DNA of 32,000 bases from Candidatus Saganbacteria bacterium (GTDB lineage: Bacteria; Margulisbacteria; WOR-1; JAKLHX01): the NCBI GenBank assembly GCA_026387835.1, contig JAPLKZ010000005.1:211048-243047 (forward strand), written 5' to 3'. Under the pieces are notes generated by a model, which had not been told where the DNA came from, ran no database searches, and saw only the letters and a program-made list of their open reading frames with translations. The position numbers were made by a program, and so were the translations under genes. Below, piece after piece: positions 9,579-18,686 of this stretch (position 1 is its first letter; each line of letters starts with the position of its first letter).

Positions 9579-10946
9579 CTATTTCGCCAGATCGCAGGCT
9601 TCTTTTAAGAGCCTTTCAACATCTTCTTTCCGGGTAGCCTCGCAATATATACGGAGCAGAGGTTCCGTGCCGGAAGCTCTTAGTAATACCCAGCTTCCGT
9701 CTTCAAATATCAATTTTATCCCGTCCATGTCCCGGATGTCCTTTACTTTGAGACTTGCCATCTCTTTAGGAGGGGCTTTTGATAATTTTTCCATCACGGC
9801 ATTTTTCTTTTGATCGTCTATGCGGATGTCCACCCTGTCGTAATAATACCGGTGAAATTCTTTTGAGATATCGGCCAGTATTTCTTCAAGGTTCTTTTTT
9901 TCGGCGGCCATAAGCTCGATCAACAGGAGCGCGCATAGAATGCCGTCCCTTTCGGGGATGTGCCCTTTGATCCCGAAACCGCCGCTTTCTTCCCCGCCGA
10001 TAAGGATGTCCTCCTTCAGCATGAGATCGCAAACGTGTTTAAAACCGATCGGCCTCACGTACAATCTTAGCCCGTATTTTTCGCACATCTCGTCGATAAG
10101 ATGAGTGACGTTGAAAGTCTTGACGACCGACCCGGCCATCTTTTTGTTCTTTACAAGATGATGGAGCAGCAGGGCAAATACCTGGTGCGTATTGATGAAG
10201 ACCCCGTCCGAACCCACAGCTCCTATACGGTCCGCGTCACCGTCAAGCGCGAGGCCGACGACTTTTTCCCTTCCGCATTTATCAATGAGGGCTTTCAGGT
10301 TAGGTGTGATGGGCTCGGGGTTCACGCCTCCGAAAAGAGGGTCGCGGCGGTCATTGATCTCTTCTATCTTGATGAGGTCTTTCAGGACGGTCTTAAGATA
10401 TCCGGAGCCGCTGCCGAAAAGACAATCAACTACGACTCTTACGCCCGATCCCGATATAAGGTCGAGATCCACCATCTTAGATACGCTTTCAAGATAATCT
10501 TTTTTCGGATCAAAGGTCTTTATTTTCCCCGCGGGCGTGTTTTTTGGTGATGCTTTATCGAGAAGCGCTTCGATTCTTTTTGTCATCTCAGGTGTTGCTG
10601 ATCCAGCAAAGCTGCCTTTGACCTTGAAACCGTTCCAGTCAAAAGGGTTATGGCTGGCCGTTATCATTATCCCCGCGGGGCTCGAATATTTTTTTACGAA
10701 AAAAGAAACAGCAGGGGTAGGGCAGGAGCTTTCGGCCAGGAGCACGTCTATCCCGTTAGAAACCACTGTTTCCGCGGACAATCCCGCGAAATGTTCCGAA
10801 AGGAACCTGTTGTCGTAGCCGATCACGACGGGAGCGGACGCTTTTCCGACAAAGAGTGAAAAGGCTTCAGCAACGGTCTTTACGTTCTGAAAGGTGAAGT
10901 CCTCGGCAATGCGCGCTCTCCACCCGTCAGTCCCGAATTTGATCAT
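9579..10946 (-). CDS. phosphoglucomutase/phosphomannomutase family protein
   Basis: FGTDGWRARI, catalytic-serine loop GIMITASHNPFDWNGFK, metal loop ALDGDADRIG, sugar loop GGEESGGFG, phosphate loop RASGTEPLLRIY. Confidence 0.95.
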   Translation of the reverse strand: MIKFGTDGWRARIAEDFTFQNVKTVAEAFSLFVGKASAPVVIGYDNRFLSEHFAGLSAETVVSNGIDVLLAESSCPTPAVSFFVKKYSSPAGIMITASHNPFDWNGFKVKGSFAGSATPEMTKRIEALLDKASPKNTPAGKIKTFDPKKDYLESVSKMVDLDLISGSGVRVVVDCLFGSGSGYLKTVLKDLIKIEEINDRRDPLFGGVNPEPITPNLKALIDKCGREKVVGLALDGDADRIGAVGSDGVFINTHQVFALLLHHLVKNKKMAGSVVKTFNVTHLIDEMCEKYGLRLYVRPIGFKHVCDLMLKEDILIGGEESGGFGIKGHIPERDGILCALLLIELMAAEKKNLEEILADISKEFHRYYYDRVDIRIDDQKKNAVMEKLSKAPPKEMASLKVKDIRDMDGIKLIFEDGSWVLLRASGTEPLLRIYCEATRKEDVERLLKEACDLAK

Positions 10947-10961
10947 ATATAAAACCCTCCT

Positions 10962-13028
10962 CTAAAATGTCTCCTCATAAAATTCTTTTGTTCCGGTATC
11001 CGAAGGTCCCGATCCTTCTTTAATGATCTCTTCCCCGTTTGCCGGGGTAGTCTTTTTGCCGTGGGAGCTTGCGCAGACGCTCGTCGGCTGCTTACCTGCC
11101 CAGAAAGTGGCCCATTTGACTTTCCCGGGAGGACAGTCCGGACCGGCAAGACGGCCGGAATAAAGGCAGATCCTGACATTTACGACATTTTCCGGTTTTG
11201 GAAAATCTTCGGGAGGCGTCGCTGAAAGTACGGTCTCCATGAACTGTTTCCATATCCTGGGGCACACCGAGACCTCCGCGACGCCCTTCATGGGAGTATT
11301 GTCGTCGTTGCCGACCCATACTCCGGTTATCAGCTGCGGCACGAATCCTATGAACCAGGCGTCGCGGAAATTATCGGATGTTCCGGTCTTTGCCGCTGCG
11401 GGCCTGCCTATCTTGGCGCGATATCCCGTGCCGATCGCGATGACCCCTTTCATCATGTCGACCATGATATAAGCGATCTTGGGCTCCAGCACCTGCGTCT
11501 TTTTATCTTCGTTCTCTTCGATGATCCGGCCGTTCTTGTCTGTTATCTTTGATATGCAGAGAGGATCCGCCCTCACACCTCCGGTCGCAAAAGAGCTGTA
11601 AGCGGAGGTCATCTCCAAAAGAGACATATCGGATGTGCCGAGCACGAGAGAGAGGCTGGGGCTTATATCGGACTTTATCCCCATTTTGTGAGCGACAGCT
11701 ATCGCGTTGTCGATCCCGACTTTCTGCAGCAGTTTTATAGCCGGGAGATTAAGGGAGTTCTCAAGCGCGTAACGCAGCATGACAGGTCCCCTGAACTTTT
11801 TGTCAAAATCTTTCGGCTTCCATTTGCCGTCCGGATGTTCCTTGTCCGGGAACACGTCGAAAGTCGCAGGCGTGTCATACAGTATATCTCCGGGAGAGAT
11901 ACCCTGTTCCATGGCCGCGGTGTAGACAAACGGTTTGAACGATGACCCGGGTGATCTTTTTGCCTGGGTCACCCTGTTGAACTCGCTTTTGTTAAAATCG
12001 CTCCCTCCGACCATCGTCAGTATATGGCCCGTAACGGGGTCGATGGTCAAAAGCGCGGCTTGCGAGAAATGGTATTTAGGACCTTCTTTCATGATGAAAC
12101 TTGAGACCGTGCTTTCGGCCACGTGCTGCATCGGCATATTAAGCGTCGTGTAGATCCTTAACCCGCCCTTGTAGACCATCTCCGGCCCGTATTTTTCAAC
12201 AAGCTGGTTGATCACAAAAGTGGTGAAATAAGGCGCGTTGAACTTATATTTGTTCATCTGTCCCATCGAAAGGGTGACTTTTTCTTTTTTTGCCGTTTCC
12301 GCCTGTTCGTCCGTTATCATCCCGTCGCGGGCCATTTTTTCAAGGACATTGTCTCTCTTTTTAATTGCGAGATCAAAATTCCTGTATGGCGAATATATTT
12401 CAGGAGCCCCTAAAATACTGGCAAGAAGCGCTGCCTCTCCGAGGGTAAGGCTGTCCGCATGCTTGCCGAAATAGATCTGGGAAGCGGTGTCGGACCCGTA
12501 AGTGTTGTGCCCCCAGTAGACCTGGTTCAAATACATCTCAAGGATCTCTTCTTTCGTGTATTTGCGCTCAAGCTCCAATGCTATATACATTTCCGATAAT
12601 TTCCTGCCGAAAGTTTTTTTTGTGTTCAAAAAGAGAGACCTGGCCAGCTGCTGAGTGATTGTGCTTCCTCCCTGCTCGATACGGCCGCTGAAAAGATTTA
12701 CCAGTGTCGCTCTTGCGATCGCTTTCAGCGAGATCCCGCGGTGGTTGAAAAAATCATTGTCTTCCGAAGCCAGCACCGCTTTTATCAGGTAAGGGGATAT
12801 CTGCGAGATGGGAACGGATATTCTTTTTTCCCCCGCGTGTATGGTCCCTAGCACGGTCCCGTCGGCCGAATATATGATCGTAGATTCGAACGGGACGGCG
12901 TCGCTCAGGTCAGAAAGGTCCGGCAGTTGAACAGACCCCTGGATGGCAAAACCGGCTGTAGCCGCGATGACAATAAGTAATATTACTATCATCCAGCTGC
13001 CGCCCTGCTTCTTTTTCTTTTTCGGCAT
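10962..13028 (-). CDS. bifunctional penicillin-binding protein (PBP1A-like transglycosylase/transpeptidase)
   Basis: GT51 motifs EDNDFFNHRGI, GGSTITQQLARSLF; transpeptidase SxxK in SPGSSFKPFVYTAA, SLNLPAIKLLQ, KTGTS. Confidence 0.95.
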   Translation of the reverse strand: MPKKKKKQGGSWMIVILLIVIAATAGFAIQGSVQLPDLSDLSDAVPFESTIIYSADGTVLGTIHAGEKRISVPISQISPYLIKAVLASEDNDFFNHRGISLKAIARATLVNLFSGRIEQGGSTITQQLARSLFLNTKKTFGRKLSEMYIALELERKYTKEEILEMYLNQVYWGHNTYGSDTASQIYFGKHADSLTLGEAALLASILGAPEIYSPYRNFDLAIKKRDNVLEKMARDGMITDEQAETAKKEKVTLSMGQMNKYKFNAPYFTTFVINQLVEKYGPEMVYKGGLRIYTTLNMPMQHVAESTVSSFIMKEGPKYHFSQAALLTIDPVTGHILTMVGGSDFNKSEFNRVTQAKRSPGSSFKPFVYTAAMEQGISPGDILYDTPATFDVFPDKEHPDGKWKPKDFDKKFRGPVMLRYALENSLNLPAIKLLQKVGIDNAIAVAHKMGIKSDISPSLSLVLGTSDMSLLEMTSAYSSFATGGVRADPLCISKITDKNGRIIEENEDKKTQVLEPKIAYIMVDMMKGVIAIGTGYRAKIGRPAAAKTGTSDNFRDAWFIGFVPQLITGVWVGNDDNTPMKGVAEVSVCPRIWKQFMETVLSATPPEDFPKPENVVNVRICLYSGRLAGPDCPPGKVKWATFWAGKQPTSVCASSHGKKTTPANGEEIIKEGSGPSDTGTKEFYEETF

Positions 13029-13039
13029 TTTCTTTAATG

Positions 13040-13048
13040 ATTATAACA
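13040..13048 (-). promoter_or_regulatory. candidate extended -10 promoter element for the PBP gene
   Basis: Minus-strand TGTTATAAT (13048-13040), 11 nt before the ATG at 13028; no clear -35. Confidence 0.4.
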
Positions 13049-13063
13049 TGGTAATAACAGCAA

Positions 13064-13212
13064 CCCTCACCCCAACCCTCTCCCGCTAACCGCGGGAGAG
13101 GGAGAAAAAAATGCTTGTTGAATATTTCAATCAACTTTTTTATGCACCCTCTCCCTCAGGGAGAGGGAAGCCTGCCCGCAATGCTTCGCATAGCGAAGCA
13201 GGCGGGGGTGAG
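13064..13212. repeat. nested inverted-repeat intergenic element
   Basis: Outer arms CCTCACCCC / GGGGTGAGG enclose CCCTCTCCCGC(13076-13086)/GCGGGAGAGGG(13092-13102), CCCTCTCCC(13147-13155)/GGGAGAGGG(13159-13167) and TGCTTCGC(13182-13189)/GCGAAGCA(13193-13200). Confidence 0.75.
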
Positions 13213-13241
13213 GTATGGGATGGTATGATATAATTTAATTG

Positions 13242-13267
13242 GAGTAAATAAAATGAAAAACATCCTG
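13242..13267 (+). repeat. first copy of 26-bp direct repeat matching the aroQ translation start region
   Basis: GAGTAAATAAAATGAAAAACATCCTG is identical to 13410-13435. Confidence 0.95.
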
Positions 13268-13409
13268 TTTCCCTGCCCAAGATCAAAATCGAGTGAAATT
13301 TTCAATAAATACCATCGATACTCTTTCAGCCGGTGACGATCCGGATATTAAAGGGAGAAAATAAAAATGCAGACAACTAGGGCTTCTTTTGCAGCAGCGC
13401 TAAGGACGA

Positions 13410-13435
13410 GAGTAAATAAAATGAAAAACATCCTG
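13410..13435 (+). repeat. second copy of the 26-bp direct repeat, spanning the aroQ start codon
   Basis: GAGTAAATAAAATGAAAAACATCCTG is identical to 13242-13267. Confidence 0.95.
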
Positions 13436-13855
13436 GTCATCCACGGCGCGAATCTCAACCTTCTCGGCCAAAGGGAACCTTCCGTGTACGGGAGTTTCAC
13501 GATGGAAGATATCAATAAAGAGCTGAAGAAACTCGGAAAAGAGCTCGGGGCGAAAGTGGATTTTTTTCAGAATAACATAGAAGGCGAGATAGTGAACGCC
13601 ATCCAGGCAGCGAAAGACAGGTATGGCGCTATTGTTATCAATCCCGGAGGTTACACGCATACCAGCGTCGTCATAAGGGACGCGATAGCGGCAGTGAAGC
13701 TCCCGACCGTGGAAATCCACATGTCGAACATCTACGCCCGCGAGAAATTCAGGCAAAGATCCGTAATCGCTCCCGTGGCATCGGGTCAGATCGCGGGTTT
13801 CGGAAAAGACAGCTACCTCTTGGGTCTCCGCGCCGCTGTATCTTTGATAAAGTAA
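13421..13855 (+). CDS. aroQ: type II 3-dehydroquinate dehydratase
   Basis: [53 protein letters not shown]. Start at 13421 gives a canonical N-terminus; an in-frame ATG at 13367 with a better SD (AGGGAG) is an alternative. Confidence 0.95.
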   Translation: MKNILVIHGANLNLLGQREPSVYGSFTMEDINKELKKLGKELGAKVDFFQNNIEGEIVNAIQAAKDRYGAIVINPGGYTHTSVVIRDAIAAVKLPTVEIHMSNIYAREKFRQRSVIAPVASGQIAGFGKDSYLLGLRAAVSLIK

Positions 13856-13856
13856 G

Positions 13857-14522
13857 ATGGGATCTCTCCGGATACGCTGCTTAAGAAAAGCGGCAAGCAT
13901 CGCTTCCTCCGTTATGGATGAGATCACCCTTTTAATACAACCCGGAATGACCGAAAAACAAGTAGCCCTCATGATCAGGAGGATGCTGAGAAAAAAAGGC
14001 GCTGAAGGCCATTCTTTTGACATAATAGTAGCTTCAGGCAGAAGATCGTCGTTCCCTCACGGTTATGCCACAAAGAAAAAGATCAGGAAGAACGAGATCG
14101 TGATGCTGGATTTCGGCGCTGTGTATAAGGGATGGAAGTCGGATATTACGCGGACGGTCCATCTCGGAAAGTTTACAGGTTTTCAGAAAAAGGTCTATAA
14201 TCTTGTATTAAAGGCCCATTTAAAGGCGGCAAGGGCGGTGGCCGACGGTGTCCCGGTAAAAGTGATCGATAAAAAGGTCAGAAGCGAGTTCAAGAAACAC
14301 GGCCTTGAAAAATACTTCTGTCACAGCACCGGGCACGGGATCGGCAGGCATGTCCACGAACCGCCGAGGATATCCTTTAAAAGCGACGAGGTTTTGAGGC
14401 AAGGTATGGTAGTGACGATAGAACCGGGACTTTATTTTAAAAAATGGGGCGGCATAAGGATAGAGGATATGATACTTGTGACAAAGGACGGCCATGAGAT
14501 GCTGACGCACGCGCTCCGATGA
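13857..14522 (+). CDS. M24 family metallopeptidase (Xaa-Pro aminopeptidase-like, catalytic domain only)
   Basis: M24 ligands: LDFGA, SDITRT, STGHGIG, TIEPGLY, RIEDM; 221 aa, lacking the usual creatinase N-terminal domain. Confidence 0.9.
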   Translation: MGSLRIRCLRKAASIASSVMDEITLLIQPGMTEKQVALMIRRMLRKKGAEGHSFDIIVASGRRSSFPHGYATKKKIRKNEIVMLDFGAVYKGWKSDITRTVHLGKFTGFQKKVYNLVLKAHLKAARAVADGVPVKVIDKKVRSEFKKHGLEKYFCHSTGHGIGRHVHEPPRISFKSDEVLRQGMVVTIEPGLYFKKWGGIRIEDMILVTKDGHEMLTHALR

Positions 14523-15208
14523 AGACTACGGCAATAATCGCGGCGGGCGGGCTTGGCACCAGGATGCGCAGTCCCGACGGAAAGCTTTTTATCGAGATCT
14601 GCGGCAAACCTGTGCTCGGCCTCACGATAAAAGCTTTTGAGAATTCGGAGATCATCGACGATATCATCCTTGTCGTCGCGCTCGACGAGATAGAAAAAGC
14701 GAGAAAATTAAAAGAGAGGGAAGGCTACAAAAAAATAAGGCATATAATACAGGGCGGAGCGTCGAGACAGGCATCGGTCTATAACGGGCTGCAGGTCGTC
14801 TCGGATGACACGGATATCGTCGTGATCCATGACGGCGCGAGACCTTTTGTGACAAAAGAGATAATCCTTGAGGCGGTCAGCGAGACAAGGGCGCACAGAG
14901 CGGTGATAGTGGGGGTCCCGGTCAAGGACACAATAAAAACGGTGAAGGACGACAGGCTTGTCTCGAACACCCTTGACAGGGAGATCCTGTGGCAGGTCCA
15001 GACGCCGCAGGTGTTCGATTTTAAACTTATAAAAGAAGCCTACGAGAGAGCAAACAGGCTGGACATCCAGGCAACGGACGACGCGAGGCTGGTAGAGCGG
15101 CTCGGTGAAAAAGTGAAGATGATCAGCGGGTCCTACGATAATATCAAGATAACAACGCCGGAAGACCTGATGATCGCGGAGGCGATACTGAGATCAAAAC
15201 AGTCATAA
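14519..15208 (+). CDS. ispD: 2-C-methyl-D-erythritol 4-phosphate cytidylyltransferase
   Basis: IIAAGGLGTRM, IIQGGASRQASVYNGL, VVIHDGARPFV, LWQVQTPQVF, DDARLVERLG; ATGA overlap with upstream gene. Confidence 0.95.
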   Translation: MKTTAIIAAGGLGTRMRSPDGKLFIEICGKPVLGLTIKAFENSEIIDDIILVVALDEIEKARKLKEREGYKKIRHIIQGGASRQASVYNGLQVVSDDTDIVVIHDGARPFVTKEIILEAVSETRAHRAVIVGVPVKDTIKTVKDDRLVSNTLDREILWQVQTPQVFDFKLIKEAYERANRLDIQATDDARLVERLGEKVKMISGSYDNIKITTPEDLMIAEAILRSKQS

Positions 15209-15216
15209 TCGGTATA

Positions 15217-15537
15217 ATGGCAGGCCTGATAAGCGGGCTTGTGGGGGTGGGAGGCGGGATCGTGATGGTCCCTGCGATGGTCATATTATTAAAAATGAAC
15301 CAGCATGAAACGCAGGGGACATCGCTGTTCGCGATCATACCCACGGCTGCGGTCGGAGCAGCGACTTACGCGGTATCGGGATATCTGAACGTCGGCGTGG
15401 CGCTCTGGGTCGCGATAGGCAGTTTTGCCGGAGCGTATTTCGGAAGCTCGTTCGCTAACAAGATATCGGAAAAGAACTTAAAGATCATCTATGTCTTATT
15501 TTTGATGGTGGTCGGGATAAAATTCTTAATAAAATGA
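15217..15537 (+). CDS. half-size TauE/SafE family membrane protein (1)
   Basis: GLISGLVGVGGGIVMVPAMVILL...QGTSLFAIIPTAAVGAATY, 106 aa: one TauE/SafE repeat unit. Confidence 0.85.
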   Translation: MAGLISGLVGVGGGIVMVPAMVILLKMNQHETQGTSLFAIIPTAAVGAATYAVSGYLNVGVALWVAIGSFAGAYFGSSFANKISEKNLKIIYVLFLMVVGIKFLIK

Positions 15538-15908
15538 CAATAACAATACTGACAATGATCGTTTTGACGGGGTTCGGTGCAGGGCTGTTGAGCGGGATGC
15601 TGGGCGTGGGTGGCGGCACGATAATAGTGCCTGCTCTTGTGATAATACTCGGCTTTTCGCAGCATCTTGCCCAGGGGGTATCTCTCGCGGTCATAATCCC
15701 CACAGCGATAATGGGAGCTTACGGTTATTCTATAAGGGATAAGATCAACAGGGATGTCGGAGTAAGGATGGCTTGCGGTTCGGTAGCAGGGGTTCTTCTC
15801 GGCTCATATCTTGCCTGCAGGATCGCTTCGGACGACCTTAAAAAAATATTCGGGGTCTTTGCGATCATTGTCGCGTTAAAGATATTAAAAGATGTATTTT
15901 CCAAATAA
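15534..15908 (+). CDS. half-size TauE/SafE family membrane protein (2)
   Basis: GAGLLSGMLGVGGGTIIVPALVIIL...QGVSLAVIIPTAIMGAYGY, 124 aa; ATGA overlap with the preceding half gene. Confidence 0.85.
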   Translation: MTITILTMIVLTGFGAGLLSGMLGVGGGTIIVPALVIILGFSQHLAQGVSLAVIIPTAIMGAYGYSIRDKINRDVGVRMACGSVAGVLLGSYLACRIASDDLKKIFGVFAIIVALKILKDVFSK

Positions 15909-17364
15909 AAATGAGTTCCTGGAACTTTCTAAAAAAGGCAACCTGATCCCTGTCTACAGGGAAATAATCGCAGACACGGAGACCCCGGTTTCCGCGCTTT
16001 CAAAGATCGCCGGAAAGTATTCTTTTCTGCTGGAAAGCGTTGAAGGCGGAGAGAACCTGGCGAGATATTCTTTTCTCGGCTGCGATCCCGAAATATTGTT
16101 CAGGAGCAAAGGCGGCGATATCGAGATCATATCCGTATCGGGAAAAAGAAAGACGACAGAGAAAAAGAAAGGCGACCCCTTAAAGGCGCTTAAAGAGGTC
16201 CTGGGGAAATATAAACCCGTAGATATAGAGGGCCTGCCGCGGTTTCACGGGGGAGCGGTCGGATATATAGGATATGATACCGTAAGATTTTTTGAGAACA
16301 TCCCCGATAAGAACAGGGATGAGCTCAAGGTCCCGGACTGCCAGTTCCTTCTAACGGACACGTTCCTCGCGTTCGACCACGTGAAGCACAAGATAATCGT
16401 GATCTCAAACGCTTTCATAGAAAATGACCCGCAGGGAGCATACGATAAAGCTGTCGCAAAGATCGAAGCGATAGCAAAAAAGCTCAAGAAGGCCTCATCT
16501 CTAAGACCGCTGGATATCTCCGGCAAAAAAAAGCAATTAAAAATCGAATCTAACACATCTAAAAATGAGTTCGAAAAATCGGTTGAAGCGGCAAAAGAAT
16601 ATATAAAAGCCGGCGATGTCATCCAGGTCGTCCTTTCACAAAGGCTCAGCACCGGCGCCGCGATAACTCCGCTTGACGTGTACCGGAGCCTGAGGACGAT
16701 CAACCCTTCGCCGTATATGTATTATTTTTCTTTTGACGGCATGCATCTTATCGGCTCATCCCCCGAGGTCATGGTAAGGCTGGAGAACGGGACCGCGACG
16801 GTCCGCCCGATAGCGGGCACGATGCCCAGAGGGAAAGACGAGAACGAGGACAAAGCTCTTGAGAAGGAACTTCTTTCTGATGAAAAAGAAAAAGCCGAAC
16901 ACATAATGCTCGTGGACCTGGCCAGGAACGACCTCGGCCGGGTCTGCGAGACGGGCACGATAAAGATCTCAGATTTCATGTCGATCGAGCGTTATTCTCA
17001 CGTGATGCATATAGTCACGAACGTCTCCGGGAAATTATCCTCCGGCAAGGACGCTTTTGATCTTTTTGCGGCTTCTTTCCCGGCAGGCACTGTTTCGGGC
17101 GCCCCGAAAGTCAGGGCCATGGAGATCATCGACGAGCTTGAGAACGTGAAAAGGGGGCCTTACGCGGGCGCGGTGGGTTATTTTGATTTCAGGGGCAACC
17201 TTGATACCTGCATAACGATAAGGACTATATTGATGATAGGCAAAAAAGCCTATATCCAGGCGGGCGCCGGCATTGTGGCGGATTCTGTCCCGGAGAAAGA
17301 ATACTTTGAAAGCCTGAACAAGGCAAGAGCGCTGCTCAAGGCGATAGAGGACGTCTCTAAATGA
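15892..17364 (+). CDS. trpE: anthranilate synthase component I
   Basis: LIPVYREIIADTETPVSA, ENLARYSFLG, INPSPYMYYF, GSSPEVMVRLENGTATVRPIAGTMPRG, AGAGIVADSVPEKEY. Confidence 0.95.
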   Translation: MYFPNKNEFLELSKKGNLIPVYREIIADTETPVSALSKIAGKYSFLLESVEGGENLARYSFLGCDPEILFRSKGGDIEIISVSGKRKTTEKKKGDPLKALKEVLGKYKPVDIEGLPRFHGGAVGYIGYDTVRFFENIPDKNRDELKVPDCQFLLTDTFLAFDHVKHKIIVISNAFIENDPQGAYDKAVAKIEAIAKKLKKASSLRPLDISGKKKQLKIESNTSKNEFEKSVEAAKEYIKAGDVIQVVLSQRLSTGAAITPLDVYRSLRTINPSPYMYYFSFDGMHLIGSSPEVMVRLENGTATVRPIAGTMPRGKDENEDKALEKELLSDEKEKAEHIMLVDLARNDLGRVCETGTIKISDFMSIERYSHVMHIVTNVSGKLSSGKDAFDLFAASFPAGTVSGAPKVRAMEIIDELENVKRGPYAGAVGYFDFRGNLDTCITIRTILMIGKKAYIQAGAGIVADSVPEKEYFESLNKARALLKAIEDVSK

Positions 17365-18620
17365 TAAATTTCCGCCTGCTCAGGAATTCCGACATGACAC
17401 TGTGGATCTGCGCGGCATTCCTTGTCCTGACCGGTTTTTTGGCCATATATTCATCGACGTTCGCGATGATGTCAAGAAAAGCGGCGATCTTTACCGAAGC
17501 CAATATAGATTCCCTGATGTTCTTAAAAAGGCACCTTGCTACTTTTTTCGTGGCGCTGTTGTTCATGTCGTTTTTCATGTACATCGATTATGCCCATCTG
17601 AAAACGGCTTCGTCATGGCTTTACGCTTTCATGATAGTCCTTCTTTTGACCGTGCTGTTCGTCGGTTTTGAAAGCTACGGGGCGCAGCGATGGATAGGGG
17701 CCGGGCCGTTTTCATTCCAGCCTTCGGAGATATCCAAGCTGATAATCATCATAGCTCTCGCAAAATATCTGGAGTCTAAAAAAGGCCTTGAACGCCTGAG
17801 AGACCTTTTTTTGCCGGCGGTGATAGTCGGCGTGCCGTTTTTGATGATATTCAAACAGCCGGACCTGGGCACCGCGCTCGTGCTTGCCGCGATCACGGTC
17901 ACGATGGTCGTCTGGACGCAGGACAACCCGATGATATTATTACTGATATTCACTCCGGTCATCAGCGTCTTTGCCAGTCTCGCATGGATATGGTGGCTGG
18001 TCTATCTTGTTATCCTTGCGGCCGCGCTCTATCTCATCAGGCCTAAAGTAATAGATTTTATTTCCATAATAGCGGTGAATATTTTGACCGGACTTGCCGT
18101 GCCTGTGGTCTGGCATCTTTTAAAGGATTACCAGAAACAGAGGCTCTTTATCTTTTTGAACCCGTCTTCCGACCCGTTCGGCGCGGGATACCACACTATC
18201 CAGTCGCAGATCGCCATAGGTTCCGGAGGATTTTTCGGGGCCGGATATCTTCACGGCACACAGACACAGCTGCAGTTCATCCCGCAGCAGTGGACCGATT
18301 TCATCTTTTCGATGATCGGAGAGGAGTTCGGCCTGATCGGATCATTGCTGGTGATAATCGTGTTCGCGGTGCTCATCTGGAGGGCGATAACCATTGCTAT
18401 AGAAGCCGGGGATATGTTCGGAAGCCTTTTGGCCGCGGGGATCGCCGCGATGTTCGCTTTTCACGCGGCTGTCAATATCGGCATGACGCTCGGCATCGCG
18501 CCAGTCGTTGGAATACCTCTTCCTTTTATCAGCTATGGCGGAACATCATTAATAGTGTCTTTGAGCGCGATAGGGATACTCCAGAGCATTTCGATGAGAA
18601 GGGTGAAGCTGTTCTTTTAG
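17361..18620 (+). CDS. rodA: rod shape-determining protein RodA (SEDS family)
   Basis: FQPSEISKL, KQPDLGTALV, QSQIAIGSGGFFGAGYLHGTQTQLQFIPQQWTDFIFS, PLPFISYGGTS. Confidence 0.9.
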   Translation: MINFRLLRNSDMTLWICAAFLVLTGFLAIYSSTFAMMSRKAAIFTEANIDSLMFLKRHLATFFVALLFMSFFMYIDYAHLKTASSWLYAFMIVLLLTVLFVGFESYGAQRWIGAGPFSFQPSEISKLIIIIALAKYLESKKGLERLRDLFLPAVIVGVPFLMIFKQPDLGTALVLAAITVTMVVWTQDNPMILLLIFTPVISVFASLAWIWWLVYLVILAAALYLIRPKVIDFISIIAVNILTGLAVPVVWHLLKDYQKQRLFIFLNPSSDPFGAGYHTIQSQIAIGSGGFFGAGYLHGTQTQLQFIPQQWTDFIFSMIGEEFGLIGSLLVIIVFAVLIWRAITIAIEAGDMFGSLLAAGIAAMFAFHAAVNIGMTLGIAPVVGIPLPFISYGGTSLIVSLSAIGILQSISMRRVKLFF

Positions 18621-18643
18621 AGCTTATCGCTTAGAGCTTCTTC

Positions 18644-18672
18644 TTGCCATTGCTCCCCGCATTTGTTATCAT
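18644..18672 (+). promoter_or_regulatory. candidate promoter for glyQ
   Basis: TTGCCA (18644-18649), 17-nt spacer, TATCAT (18667-18672); -10 ends 14 nt before ATG 18687, no SD. Confidence 0.45.
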
Positions 18673-18686
18673 ATTTTCAATAATAG

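Noticed and set aside
10943-11179. Minus-strand 78-aa ORF between pgm and PBP genes
   Set aside because: Lies almost wholly inside the PBP C-terminal coding region in another frame.
13367-13420. N-terminal extension of AroQ from ATG 13367 ([18 protein letters not shown])
   Set aside because: AroQ homology begins at [13 protein letters not shown] right after ATG 13421. The better SD at 13352-13357 leaves some doubt, so this is treated only as an alternative start.
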